This document shows positions 6,591-16,223 of a DNA stretch of 64,000 bases, piece after piece. A model generated the notes under the pieces. It was not told the origin of the DNA and ran no database searches. It saw only the letters and a list, made by a program, of their open reading frames with translations. The translations under genes were made by a program, and so were the position numbers. Source of the stretch: a virus (lineage: Duplodnaviria > Heunggongvirae > Uroviricota > Caudoviricetes); IMG/VR virus record IMGVR_UViG_3300013232_000486. The stretch is one strand, 5' to 3'. Every line of letters starts with the position of its first letter. Within the stretch, counting starts at the first letter, position 1.

Positions 6591-9500
6591 ATGGCCGAAG
6601 CTCCACGATATTATCCACTGCCAGGTCCAGGTCGGATCCCGCCTACTGATGTAGATCCTGGATGGGGGTGGCACCCCATTGAACACCCAGAGGTTCCAGT
6701 GGTACCCAGTCCTACCGAACCGAGTCCCACTGAACCGAGTCCCACCGAACCAGTCTCAAAGGAAGAAGCTGAAGCCTCAGCTTCGACCTCAATAACCGAA
6801 GAAGGGGCGCTTATTCCAGAGGGGTTCTGCGCAGAAGAGCAACGCGTTAGTAACCACACGTGTAATTCTTTGCATCCAGCCGTGGCATTGGATTGTCAAG
6901 GAAACCAGAACATCGTTTGGTATGACAATCGAGACGGCAACTTCGAGATCTATTACAAGGCAAGGCCTTCAAGCCTTTCGGACGCCGAGTTGTCCGACCA
7001 ATTCTCCACTCCAGACTCAGGAGCGACAAGACCGACAAACTTGAGCTGTCCAGTCGGTTTCTCTGGGTATAGGTTGCTTTCTGAAGTTTGCAAAGGATTC
7101 TCTAGCGCTGCCGAAATGGGTGGCATCCGTAGGGTTGCCACAAGCTTGTCAGTTAACCCCACGTCTGTGGCAGTTTACTTGACTGATAACGCAGCCGATT
7201 TCTTGGCCATGGGGATTGCACCTGGAGCAGCGCTTACATTCGATACTGGTCTTAACATGACCATGGGAACGAATGTGAAGGCTGTAGTCAGCGCGAAGGT
7301 TCTTGAGTTGACCTATAGCCCATCGTTAAGGGCAGACGTGGACTTCGTTTACTACTTGGACAACAGACTAAACAAGAAGGAGTCTTGTGAAACAAGGATC
7401 ACTTGTACGAAGACGCCGTCCTTGTTTCCTGACGTCGCATCAGACTGCTACTGTCGTAGCCATCTCGTGTGGCACGACAAAGAGTCCGAGAACGACCAGG
7501 TTTTCTACTCGCAGATTGGTTATGGAGCATTCCAGCAGGAGTGTGGCCAAGGCAAGTCTGGGGCAAACTCTATAAATTTGGGTACTGGAGGATATTCCCC
7601 GCTCACTAGCTATAGATCGCCTTCGTATTGGTTTGCAGCTAAGGGAAACCCGTCGATAACCAGTTTCTATGCAAAAACAGGCGATATCGGTCAAAGGGTG
7701 TCGTACGGAATTTCTTCCTCACCTCCGACTGACGGGACTGGTCTTCATACCATATTCAAAGACAGTGGATCCTACGACGGCTCGTGGGTTGGATTGTCCA
7801 AGTACTACGACAGGGCGTCTTGGAATAGCCAGATTTCTGATCCGAACAGTTTCGTTCCACCAATTGAGATCACAAGCCAAACCCCGATCGCAGAGATTGG
7901 TGATTTTGGTACGTCCCATAACTTCAAGAATCTGGCATTCATGGGGATGACTCCGCCAGACCTTGGAGTCGAGCTGGAAACGTTGACTCTTCCTATTATC
8001 CCGAAGTGCGCCCCTGGAGGGTCCTCTCGGAATTCGCCCGTGATACTTGATGACATAGTGGCGGCCCCCAAGCGACCTTTGCCTCCTACCTATGTTGACC
8101 CCGTTGACATCACGGCGCTAATGACAAGTCCTCTCGCGACGATCGATGCCACGCTCCCGAACAGATACACGATTGATGGCGATGAGAGCGGTACGGTTTA
8201 CACTAACAGCTTCGTTTCTGACGCAAGGAACCAGCTAAGCCAACTCGTGTTCTCGAAAAAGGAAAATGGAGACCAGTACAAATTCATCTTGTCGACCAGG
8301 AAGTGTGGCGATGGTCCTTGCGCGGTGAGGCCGTCGAAGTCGTTCGATAGCTCTTCGTCGCAAAACGCGATAGTCTCGCTCACGTTGCAAGTATGGAGAG
8401 GCCCAGATTACCGAGTAGATTCTGGATTCGTTGATAATGGAGAAAACACGGCGGAGAAGACGTACGAGAAGGAATTCTTCTTTTCTCCTGGTGCCGACAT
8501 GACCACGTTCGCTTTCGCTCCTGGAGAACTCGTTCTGAATCGTGGATCGATGTATTACTTCGTCGCCATCCCTAGTTCTGGACTTGAAATTTTGACGCGT
8601 GGGCGTGGCGATGGAAACGTGATCTGGAGTGACGACGGGACTGGTTTGTTTACGCAGTATAACATCCCATTCACTGTTCCACCATACAAAGGCGTCAACG
8701 CGCCCATCTTCTTTAATGGATACCTGGCGTACTCTCCGAGAACAGATACGGAACTTGACCCGGAAGATTTCAGAGATGAAATCCCTCCTGGGACGAGAAC
8801 AGATTGCCAAAACAGCATTAATATAGACCCTGGGTTTGGCTCTCAGTTGATGATTCCATTGACCGAGGTCAGCCGAGCACAAGGGATCGGATACAACCCA
8901 GCAATTGGGAAGTTGATTGTTTCTGCAAATACTCCGAATGGAACTCCCCACAACCTAGAGTCCATCGACGGGAATGCAACGCGAACTCCATATGCAGTGA
9001 CGTTTTCTGGAGGACGTGGTGAAACTAACGTATGTACCATAGAGACTACGGCTGGTGGGTTTACAGAGGGCGAAACGTTCTGTGGTAACGGGACTGCTGG
9101 TCAAATCGTAAAAATCTCGTCAGATGGATCTACTGTTCAGTCTCCATGGATAACGCTTCCAGACGATCCAGTTCTGTTTTCTCCAACGGGCTGGTCTGTG
9201 GCGAATCTACCAGCAGAGTGGGCGGGAACACTTGACATATGTCATGACGAAACTGGCGTTTTTGGAAACTGTCTGGTGGTCGTTTCTCTCTCCGGGTATG
9301 TTTTCCTCGTAAAGGCTGATGGCTCATCAACCAAGCTCACCTTGATTGAAAAGCCAAAGCTATATTGGACATGGGATTACTATCATCACAGCAAGCTGTC
9401 AAAGGGCAAGGTCGAGAACAAGCTCCCGAATGACGAGTGGCTAAAGGGTGTTGTGGTCCTTCCAAACGACACGAGAAGGTTCGGTCCATGGGCGGGCAAG

Positions 9501-12251
9501 ATTGTTGTTGGCGCAAAGAGGACGAGTCAGGTATTTACCATTGACCCTCTTGGCCAAGTGCAGTCGTATAACATCTGTTTGACGGTTGAAGATCTAAAAA
9601 TAATCAAGAAAGACAAGGACTTGTATTCGATCGGAGTTGAAGACCAGACCCTTTACAGGATGCGAAGCAAAGAACTTGAGCATGTCGTCGGAGACTTGGT
9701 CATAAGCCAGCAAGAAGCTCTTGCGCTGACCACGCAAGTCAACAACTATTTCTGGCCAGGCGGTCGGCGAGCCATCCAGTGGTCTCCAGTAATCGTCAGA
9801 AACACGAGTGGTCAGATATGGCATATGCACTGGAGCAACAAACAACAGAAGTTCGTTGCAGTGAAGCTCGCTGGAATGCCTGTCGGAATTGACAACATGG
9901 TGTTCGCAAACCTTGGATGCGTCGATCCTCCATGCAATGTAGTACCAGAAGGGGGCGACCCAGAAAACCCTTGTACTGGAGAGGCCAAGGTCAGCAATCC
10001 GATCAGACTGACGTCTTCCCTTGGAGACAACCAGTATCCTTCCGTGGGCATCACTTCAACACAAAATTTGTGGCTTGTATGGCAATCAACCAGAAATGGT
10101 TCAGAGGAGATATACGCAGCTAGGTACTTTGGGAAATGCTCTATCTGGAACTCAAGCGCGACTGGAGGAAGCGACCTGCGCGTGACTAGGTTCGCCGAGG
10201 ATGGGTTGCAGCGCAGAGCAAGGTTCCCAAGGGTTGCTTGTGACAATACTGGAGTCGCTCACATCGTATTCCAGTTAACTGATCAGAATGGGAACTCTCA
10301 GATCTACTATACGAGGTCAAGTGGAATAGATGAGTTCGTCGAGCCGATCAAAATCACAGACAATTCTAGCGATGCCATGATGCCAGACATAGCTATCTCC
10401 TATGATTCCGCGAAGAGAATGATGATCAACGTGGTTTGGCATGATAACAGATTCGGAAACTGGGAAGTCATGTCTACAAGCAGTGTCGGCGGGTCGTGGA
10501 GAAGCTCGTCGTTCGGTGGACAAGACACCAGAATTTCTGCATCCAAAAAAGACTCAATGTTCCCTCGGATAAGGTCTGACAAGGACGGAAACTTGAGGCT
10601 CGTGTTCCATAGCAACCGTTCTGGCAAGTATGACATTTACATGGCGTCATTCTCGGCATTAGCACAAAAATGGAGCAGTTCGGCTAACGGAGCCAGCGAC
10701 CTAAAAGTTTCCAATGGACCATCCAATTCGATGTTCCCGGACCTGGATACCGACTCGACGGGCGGACTGGTTATCGTTTGGCAGGACGAGCGTCACCAGT
10801 CAGAAAACCCAGACATGCACGAGGAAGTTTACTCTACGTACTGCGCGAAGATGGGACACCCTGGACGACCGCACTTTTCCGCTCTCATAACGAACATCGA
10901 ACAAAAGATGGACTTCCAGTGGACATTTACCGATTGCAAAACTGGAAAGGAGATAGATTCGACCAACTCCGAGAACGTTTGCTTGAAGATAAAAGCCACA
11001 AACGCAACATTCTGGAGAGCCGTCAATGCGTCTGGGCAGTATTCTGATTGGGCGCCATTCAAGCCCAATTTCGACTTGGACACGACCATCGTACCATGGA
11101 CGTTGTCATGTAATAATGGAACCAAAGAAGTTTGCGTTCAGGTCCAAGATCAAGACATGGTGGCATTCCCAATCTGTCGTAACATCGTCTTGGCCAAGCC
11201 TCCAGAAGCCTACAAGGTTGAGTTGTTCTCTGACGAAACCATGCTTGTCCCGTTGCCAGAGTGTTCTGGGCAACAAGCAGCTACAGAAGGAAATGTATAC
11301 ATCAAAATAACCGCTCCTCAAAAGATCCTCACGATGCCAGTATTCGACGTAATCCAACGCGGCCTTGCGAGCGTGTACAACCAAGAGGCCGAACCAATCA
11401 AGATGAATGAAGACGGCACGTATACCGTGATAGACCCAAAGGCCGTTGTGTCGACTGTAACGGAAGGGGACCTGACCGTAGAGGGGTATCAGACCTTCAG
11501 AGGAATGTTCACCGTAAAGCGTCAGGATAACCTATATCACATAGATGGGCTATCAAGAATAATTATCAGATCAAACGATCTGTGTGAATCTAGGCCAGGA
11601 GTAACGTCGTCGACGGCGTCAACTGAAATAGAGATTGATAATATCGTGGTACCTCCTCTCACGGTACATGTACCAGGCTGGTCTTCGGCTGGCGGTACGG
11701 CAACGTGGACTGGCCAAACGGTCAGTATTCCAACGTCATGCGCAGAGTTGGGCATGTCCATAGGCCCAGCGATCAATGACGTTCCATTCAACCTGACTCT
11801 TGGTGGCGTTGCACAGCCATTCGCTTCGAATGCATTTGCTGGCGGAAGCGCGACTTTCTACCTGCGCATAGCAAAAAGAGCCATTCCTCCTTGGCTGTCT
11901 GCGTTCGCCTCAAGAACGCTTGTGGTAAGCTTGATAAAGGACTTTTTGCTTCCTGGGCAAACGACGCTAGGATCAACAACAGTTTCTGCGACCTTGCTTG
12001 AAGAGGTTGATCTCGACGTGATCTCTGGATCAATCACTTATCCAGGGGTAGCTGGAGACATAAGCCAATTCCCTGTAACGCTCACTGGGTTGCCAGCGAT
12101 AGCGATTGGAACGTCTCTTGCGATAGAGGTGAAGGATACATCCTATGCTGGTTATGTAAATGAATATGGGGCCAACGCGAAGATGTTTGTCATAGCGGTC
12201 GGAGATTCGGTTCCTCCTGGATCTCTCCCGTACTATACAGAGGAATTCTGA
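6591..12251 (+). CDS. 1886-aa putative virion protein: beta-propeller with large inserted domains, Cys-rich
   Basis: Repeated blades S-x2-P-x4-D-x2-G-x4-VW-x-D-x-R-x-G-x2-EIY; Pro-rich N-terminus; Ig-like W-x-L..G-x-K-x-V-x-V-Q module. Confidence 0.7.
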   Translation: MAEAPRYYPLPGPGRIPPTDVDPGWGWHPIEHPEVPVVPSPTEPSPTEPSPTEPVSKEEAEASASTSITEEGALIPEGFCAEEQRVSNHTCNSLHPAVALDCQGNQNIVWYDNRDGNFEIYYKARPSSLSDAELSDQFSTPDSGATRPTNLSCPVGFSGYRLLSEVCKGFSSAAEMGGIRRVATSLSVNPTSVAVYLTDNAADFLAMGIAPGAALTFDTGLNMTMGTNVKAVVSAKVLELTYSPSLRADVDFVYYLDNRLNKKESCETRITCTKTPSLFPDVASDCYCRSHLVWHDKESENDQVFYSQIGYGAFQQECGQGKSGANSINLGTGGYSPLTSYRSPSYWFAAKGNPSITSFYAKTGDIGQRVSYGISSSPPTDGTGLHTIFKDSGSYDGSWVGLSKYYDRASWNSQISDPNSFVPPIEITSQTPIAEIGDFGTSHNFKNLAFMGMTPPDLGVELETLTLPIIPKCAPGGSSRNSPVILDDIVAAPKRPLPPTYVDPVDITALMTSPLATIDATLPNRYTIDGDESGTVYTNSFVSDARNQLSQLVFSKKENGDQYKFILSTRKCGDGPCAVRPSKSFDSSSSQNAIVSLTLQVWRGPDYRVDSGFVDNGENTAEKTYEKEFFFSPGADMTTFAFAPGELVLNRGSMYYFVAIPSSGLEILTRGRGDGNVIWSDDGTGLFTQYNIPFTVPPYKGVNAPIFFNGYLAYSPRTDTELDPEDFRDEIPPGTRTDCQNSINIDPGFGSQLMIPLTEVSRAQGIGYNPAIGKLIVSANTPNGTPHNLESIDGNATRTPYAVTFSGGRGETNVCTIETTAGGFTEGETFCGNGTAGQIVKISSDGSTVQSPWITLPDDPVLFSPTGWSVANLPAEWAGTLDICHDETGVFGNCLVVVSLSGYVFLVKADGSSTKLTLIEKPKLYWTWDYYHHSKLSKGKVENKLPNDEWLKGVVVLPNDTRRFGPWAGKIVVGAKRTSQVFTIDPLGQVQSYNICLTVEDLKIIKKDKDLYSIGVEDQTLYRMRSKELEHVVGDLVISQQEALALTTQVNNYFWPGGRRAIQWSPVIVRNTSGQIWHMHWSNKQQKFVAVKLAGMPVGIDNMVFANLGCVDPPCNVVPEGGDPENPCTGEAKVSNPIRLTSSLGDNQYPSVGITSTQNLWLVWQSTRNGSEEIYAARYFGKCSIWNSSATGGSDLRVTRFAEDGLQRRARFPRVACDNTGVAHIVFQLTDQNGNSQIYYTRSSGIDEFVEPIKITDNSSDAMMPDIAISYDSAKRMMINVVWHDNRFGNWEVMSTSSVGGSWRSSSFGGQDTRISASKKDSMFPRIRSDKDGNLRLVFHSNRSGKYDIYMASFSALAQKWSSSANGASDLKVSNGPSNSMFPDLDTDSTGGLVIVWQDERHQSENPDMHEEVYSTYCAKMGHPGRPHFSALITNIEQKMDFQWTFTDCKTGKEIDSTNSENVCLKIKATNATFWRAVNASGQYSDWAPFKPNFDLDTTIVPWTLSCNNGTKEVCVQVQDQDMVAFPICRNIVLAKPPEAYKVELFSDETMLVPLPECSGQQAATEGNVYIKITAPQKILTMPVFDVIQRGLASVYNQEAEPIKMNEDGTYTVIDPKAVVSTVTEGDLTVEGYQTFRGMFTVKRQDNLYHIDGLSRIIIRSNDLCESRPGVTSSTASTEIEIDNIVVPPLTVHVPGWSSAGGTATWTGQTVSIPTSCAELGMSIGPAINDVPFNLTLGGVAQPFASNAFAGGSATFYLRIAKRAIPPWLSAFASRTLVVSLIKDFLLPGQTTLGSTTVSATLLEEVDLDVISGSITYPGVAGDISQFPVTLTGLPAIAIGTSLAIEVKDTSYAGYVNEYGANAKMFVIAVGDSVPPGSLPYYTEEF
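6705..6752 (+). repeat. 15-bp tandem repeat x3 encoding (PSPTE)3
   Basis: CCCAGTCCTACCGAA / CCGAGTCCCACTGAA / CCGAGTCCCACCGAA. Confidence 0.85.
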
Positions 12252-13267
12252 TGGCATACTTCCCAGAACAAATAATGCCAGCAAACATCAAAGACGAAAG
12301 TCAAGATGTTCGCGGGAATCCATATGTCATCACAGCGGCTGATAACAACAAGCTCGACGAGGAGATCAGGGCGGTAGAGGCTTACATTGGAATCAAGCCA
12401 CCAGCCTATTCGCTTGGATTCAGCGGAACTGGATGCGGATTGCTTCAGTTTTCTTCTGCGGCTGGAACATATCCGGCCCCTTCTGTCATACCTAGTGTAG
12501 AACCAAATAATTTGGACTTGCTTGAGGATCTGTCTGCTGACTTAGGAAACATCAGGGACGACACCGTCATGGTCACGAGCGGTATCGTGGCAATTAAGAA
12601 CCCTATGGTTCCTTTGGCAGATGGGATGATCCCTTGGCCGACGAGCTGGGCGCCATACATGACCACGCTGTCTCAGGACATTGACGACACGAGCGTTGAT
12701 GACGAGGAAAGCATGGCGGTTCTTGAAACCGTAGGCATTGGTGACGTCACAGGAATTGATGAGGTTGGAAGTATTTCGCTGATTAACAGTGTGTATGCAT
12801 TCGACGTGGAAACCTTTACAACTGGCGATGAGTATATGGCATATGGGTTTTCGGGGGCTGTTCTGCCTCCAGAAAATGGAACTGCTACTCAAGCGAATCT
12901 TTTCTATCGGCAACTCGCGATGGGAAGCAATATCGAGATAATGGACTACTGGGGCGTAAACACTGACAATAACACCTTGTTGAAAGTTGGAAGGAAGAAG
13001 CAAGGCACGTCGTCGTGGGTTCACAAAACGGGCGACCTAGTCTTCAAAGGAAAATTGTCGATCCATGTCGCGCCAATAATGTACGCATCTTCGAATGGCG
13101 GATTTTGCTCGATTAACTGCTACGTGACTCCAAACGGAAGAATTGCATTTAGGTCAAGGCTATGGGATGATCCAAACGCTGTTTTCATAGAGAACGCAAC
13201 TTGCTTGTACGCATCGTATCAAGCAGTTCTAGTGAGAACGCCGCTGCTCACACCGAGGGCGATATAA
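12251..13267 (+). CDS. putative virion fibre/decoration protein, paralog 1
   Basis: TGATG coupling; N-terminal MAYFPEQIMP...ITAADNNKLDEEIRAVEAYIG is shared with the next two genes. Confidence 0.7.
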   Translation: MAYFPEQIMPANIKDESQDVRGNPYVITAADNNKLDEEIRAVEAYIGIKPPAYSLGFSGTGCGLLQFSSAAGTYPAPSVIPSVEPNNLDLLEDLSADLGNIRDDTVMVTSGIVAIKNPMVPLADGMIPWPTSWAPYMTTLSQDIDDTSVDDEESMAVLETVGIGDVTGIDEVGSISLINSVYAFDVETFTTGDEYMAYGFSGAVLPPENGTATQANLFYRQLAMGSNIEIMDYWGVNTDNNTLLKVGRKKQGTSSWVHKTGDLVFKGKLSIHVAPIMYASSNGGFCSINCYVTPNGRIAFRSRLWDDPNAVFIENATCLYASYQAVLVRTPLLTPRAI

Positions 13268-14520
13268 TGCCATACTTCCCGTCCTCCATCATGCCTTTGA
13301 CGCCGAAGCAGAATGCGACTGGAATATTCCCAGTCGGAAACGCCATCACGGCATCGGAATTCAATCTTCTAGACGAAGAGCTTCAGGCTATCCAGACATA
13401 TCTCCTTGGACAAGGTACTGTTCTCCCAGACTTCTCGAAGCGCGTCAAGAACTTGACCTTGGAAACTAACCAAGTGGCCTTGCGCCAAAGCGTTTCCAAC
13501 GTTGTTTCTGGATACTGCATATCGGGAATGCGTGTGAGACTTCCAGAAACCTCTTGTACTTGGCTTACAAAACTACCCGAACCGACCGACAAGGAAATCA
13601 CGGTAAACTCGACAAACGGGTTCCCCTCTACTGGTGTCATTTCAATTATAAACGATGTCGATCAGATACAGAAGGGCGAAGACATAACTTGGATAAGAAA
13701 CTCTGAAAGCGGCGTGACTACGGTCGAATGGATCAAGTATAACGGGAAGACTTCTGACACGTTCCTTGATTGCGAACGCGGGTACATGAGTACGTATCCA
13801 AGTACTCATTCTGGATACTATACTGGAAACGCAAACGCAACCGACATCGTGAACTTAAGGGATCACTGTCCAGTCATCCCATTGAAAACGATGAAGAAAA
13901 TCTGTCAGAGGAGAATAAACAGACCGTACGTCAGCAACTATTTCCCGCTATTTGGATACAACGGAACGACCGAAGATATGATGCGAAGACTCATGTTTGA
14001 TGGGGCATCGTTTAAGTTCTATCCTGACAATCCATATCTTGAGGGTATGAGAAAAGCGTTCTCTGCCGTGGAAGCGAGCGCGGAGGGTGTGCTTTCTTAT
14101 GGGATATGGAGAGAACAGTGGTCGTATAACAGTCAGAACGTACTCGCCTTGGAATACGCCTTCCTTCAATCAGAAGACTACTCGTATTCTTTGCAGGGGA
14201 TGCTGACTGGGCTAGAGGCGTATGCGTTCATCAACACGGCACTGCAATACGGCAATATTTTCACGTCGTCTATGGTACAGATAAACTGGCCAGAAAATGG
14301 GATCCCAGTTTTCAACGGAAGACTTGACTTGTCTGTTGGGTTTGCCGAGTGGACATATAATAATATGCCTGAAGGATCCGACTACATGAGTCCAGAGGCT
14401 CCGAGAATTGTTATATATGCTGATGGAACCGTGGCTGGTTACCTTGACAAGTTCGGGACGTTCTCTGACGTTGCGCAGTCTGTGATCGGATACTCCGCAA
14501 AAATGATATCGGGGTACTAG
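13267..14520 (+). CDS. putative virion fibre/decoration protein, paralog 2
   Basis: TAATG coupling gives start MPYFPSSIMP; ITVNSTNGFPSTGVI..EWIKY..CERG module typical of phage structural proteins. Confidence 0.7.
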   Translation: MPYFPSSIMPLTPKQNATGIFPVGNAITASEFNLLDEELQAIQTYLLGQGTVLPDFSKRVKNLTLETNQVALRQSVSNVVSGYCISGMRVRLPETSCTWLTKLPEPTDKEITVNSTNGFPSTGVISIINDVDQIQKGEDITWIRNSESGVTTVEWIKYNGKTSDTFLDCERGYMSTYPSTHSGYYTGNANATDIVNLRDHCPVIPLKTMKKICQRRINRPYVSNYFPLFGYNGTTEDMMRRLMFDGASFKFYPDNPYLEGMRKAFSAVEASAEGVLSYGIWREQWSYNSQNVLALEYAFLQSEDYSYSLQGMLTGLEAYAFINTALQYGNIFTSSMVQINWPENGIPVFNGRLDLSVGFAEWTYNNMPEGSDYMSPEAPRIVIYADGTVAGYLDKFGTFSDVAQSVIGYSAKMISGY

Positions 14521-14522
14521 AA

Positions 14523-15392
14523 ATGTCATACTTTCCAAATTCCGTAATGCCAAAGCGACTCAAAAAGGAAACCTCGAACGAGGTTGACGGAAGCCCGCTG
14601 GTATACAACGCATGGGATTACAATCGTCATCTCAGAGAAATAAGGGCCATTGAGTGTTCTTTGCTTGGATCCTCCGTTGGTTCTGGGATATACAGTACGT
14701 TAGGCAGGGCAGAAACCGTCACGGAAGAAGTCAAGCGTGGCGGTCTTATGGTATTCTTCTCGGGAACCGTCCCGAGTGAATCTCAAATCCCAGTTCCAGA
14801 TAGAGTCACGTGGGTGACTATCCAAGGCCCGCTGGCTGCGACTGACGTAGAAATCACTGTAGACGACGCTTCCTATCTTCCAAACAGCGGCGTAATTACG
14901 AAAATGAATGCCCTTAACGCCGAGCAGTACTGCTCAGTCGGCGTTCCAGTTGGTCCTGGTGATAGGTGCGCCGACGGAGATGGCGTCAAGTACATGGAGT
15001 ATAGCCACTTCCTGGCTGGTACCACCTCCATGACAAGCCAGGAACTCATAACGTATAATGGAATAGACAAGTTCAACAACAAGCTACTAAACTGTACTAG
15101 GGAAGTTGACGGGACAACGGCTCAAGACCTCGAAAATAACGCTGTTGGAATCGCAGGATGGGCGAGTATCGCCTTGACACATAACGCATACTCTCGGCAA
15201 TGGATCGAACCCAGTCAGTTCTACATCACTCATGACGAAATGCTCAACGTTTATGGAGCGTTACTTGAAGAAGGCTCGTCGACCAGGGTTAAAGAGCCAA
15301 TAAGTTACCTCGTAGAAATCGCATACTCCTGGGCCATTGTGGGTAACTTCTCTTCACTTGGACTTGGTACTGGCTTTGCCTGCCAAGTATAA
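14523..15392 (+). CDS. putative virion fibre/decoration protein, paralog 3
   Basis: MSYFPNSVMP...EIRAIECSLLG; ITVDDASYLPNSGVI..ELITY..CTREVDGT module. Confidence 0.7.
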   Translation: MSYFPNSVMPKRLKKETSNEVDGSPLVYNAWDYNRHLREIRAIECSLLGSSVGSGIYSTLGRAETVTEEVKRGGLMVFFSGTVPSESQIPVPDRVTWVTIQGPLAATDVEITVDDASYLPNSGVITKMNALNAEQYCSVGVPVGPGDRCADGDGVKYMEYSHFLAGTTSMTSQELITYNGIDKFNNKLLNCTREVDGTTAQDLENNAVGIAGWASIALTHNAYSRQWIEPSQFYITHDEMLNVYGALLEEGSSTRVKEPISYLVEIAYSWAIVGNFSSLGLGTGFACQV

Positions 15393-15393
15393 T
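15364..15393 (+). promoter_or_regulatory. sigma70-like promoter inside the structural operon
   Basis: TTGGTA-18-TATAAT; the -10 box overlaps the stop codon of the upstream gene. Confidence 0.45.
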
Positions 15394-15414
15394 TTACCAA
15401 GGATGGAGAATACC

Positions 15415-16185
15415 ATGAAGCAATTACTGGGCGACCAGTCTGTGTACACGCACATGCCATATATCCATGATGCTGGTGGTTCGGTGGCAATTTTGTTGTG
15501 CTTATCAGACAAGGTTATAAACGAGAACGACGAGCCATCCTCCTACAGAGCATGGAAAATACACTCCTATGACCCATCAAAAAATACGTTTACCAGAGTG
15601 GAGACGGGAGCCGATCCTCTTGATGTAGAGGCGTCTCCAGTATGCTACTATCGAGACGGCAAGTTCAATATGAGCTTCATGCGCGGGAAGTGGGTCTCTG
15701 GTCCCAATGGCAATGAGTACAGAGACTTACGTTTGTATAAAATGACAGGAAAGTCCTTGTTTGACCTTGATGATATGGAGCAAGTCCTTCCGTTCAGGGT
15801 GAACGCTGGATTTGAATGGTATGGCAAAGCCGTTTTCGCGACAGACGGGCGCATAATGCACGATAATATCGATGGGATTGGAAGATACGAGACTGAAATC
15901 GGACTGAAGTGGATCTTCAGGATGGTTCCAAGGCATGACCATACGACAAGCGTTCTTGTGACTGGGATAAGAGGCCAAAACGAAAAGGTCACCTTGCTGT
16001 ATGACCTTGATTCTAGACAAGTCATCGACGAGATTAAAACTCCAGACGGGAAAGCCACTTACAAGCCATCAATATTCGAGAAAACGATGGCCCATGCGGT
16101 ATGGGGTGGCGATGGGATCGAGGAATACAAGGTCGAGTTCCTGAAGGACATAGACCAGACCATGCCCAACATAGTTCTTAGGTAG
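15415..16185 (+). CDS. hypothetical beta-rich protein (256 aa)
   Basis: ATG 15415 with GGAG SD; composition is less acidic and less Ser/Thr-rich than its neighbours. Confidence 0.7.
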   Translation: MKQLLGDQSVYTHMPYIHDAGGSVAILLCLSDKVINENDEPSSYRAWKIHSYDPSKNTFTRVETGADPLDVEASPVCYYRDGKFNMSFMRGKWVSGPNGNEYRDLRLYKMTGKSLFDLDDMEQVLPFRVNAGFEWYGKAVFATDGRIMHDNIDGIGRYETEIGLKWIFRMVPRHDHTTSVLVTGIRGQNEKVTLLYDLDSRQVIDEIKTPDGKATYKPSIFEKTMAHAVWGGDGIEEYKVEFLKDIDQTMPNIVLR

Positions 16186-16223
16186 ATGGCGCTCCTTTTT
16201 CCCCAAAGTAGAAGGTCGAGCAA

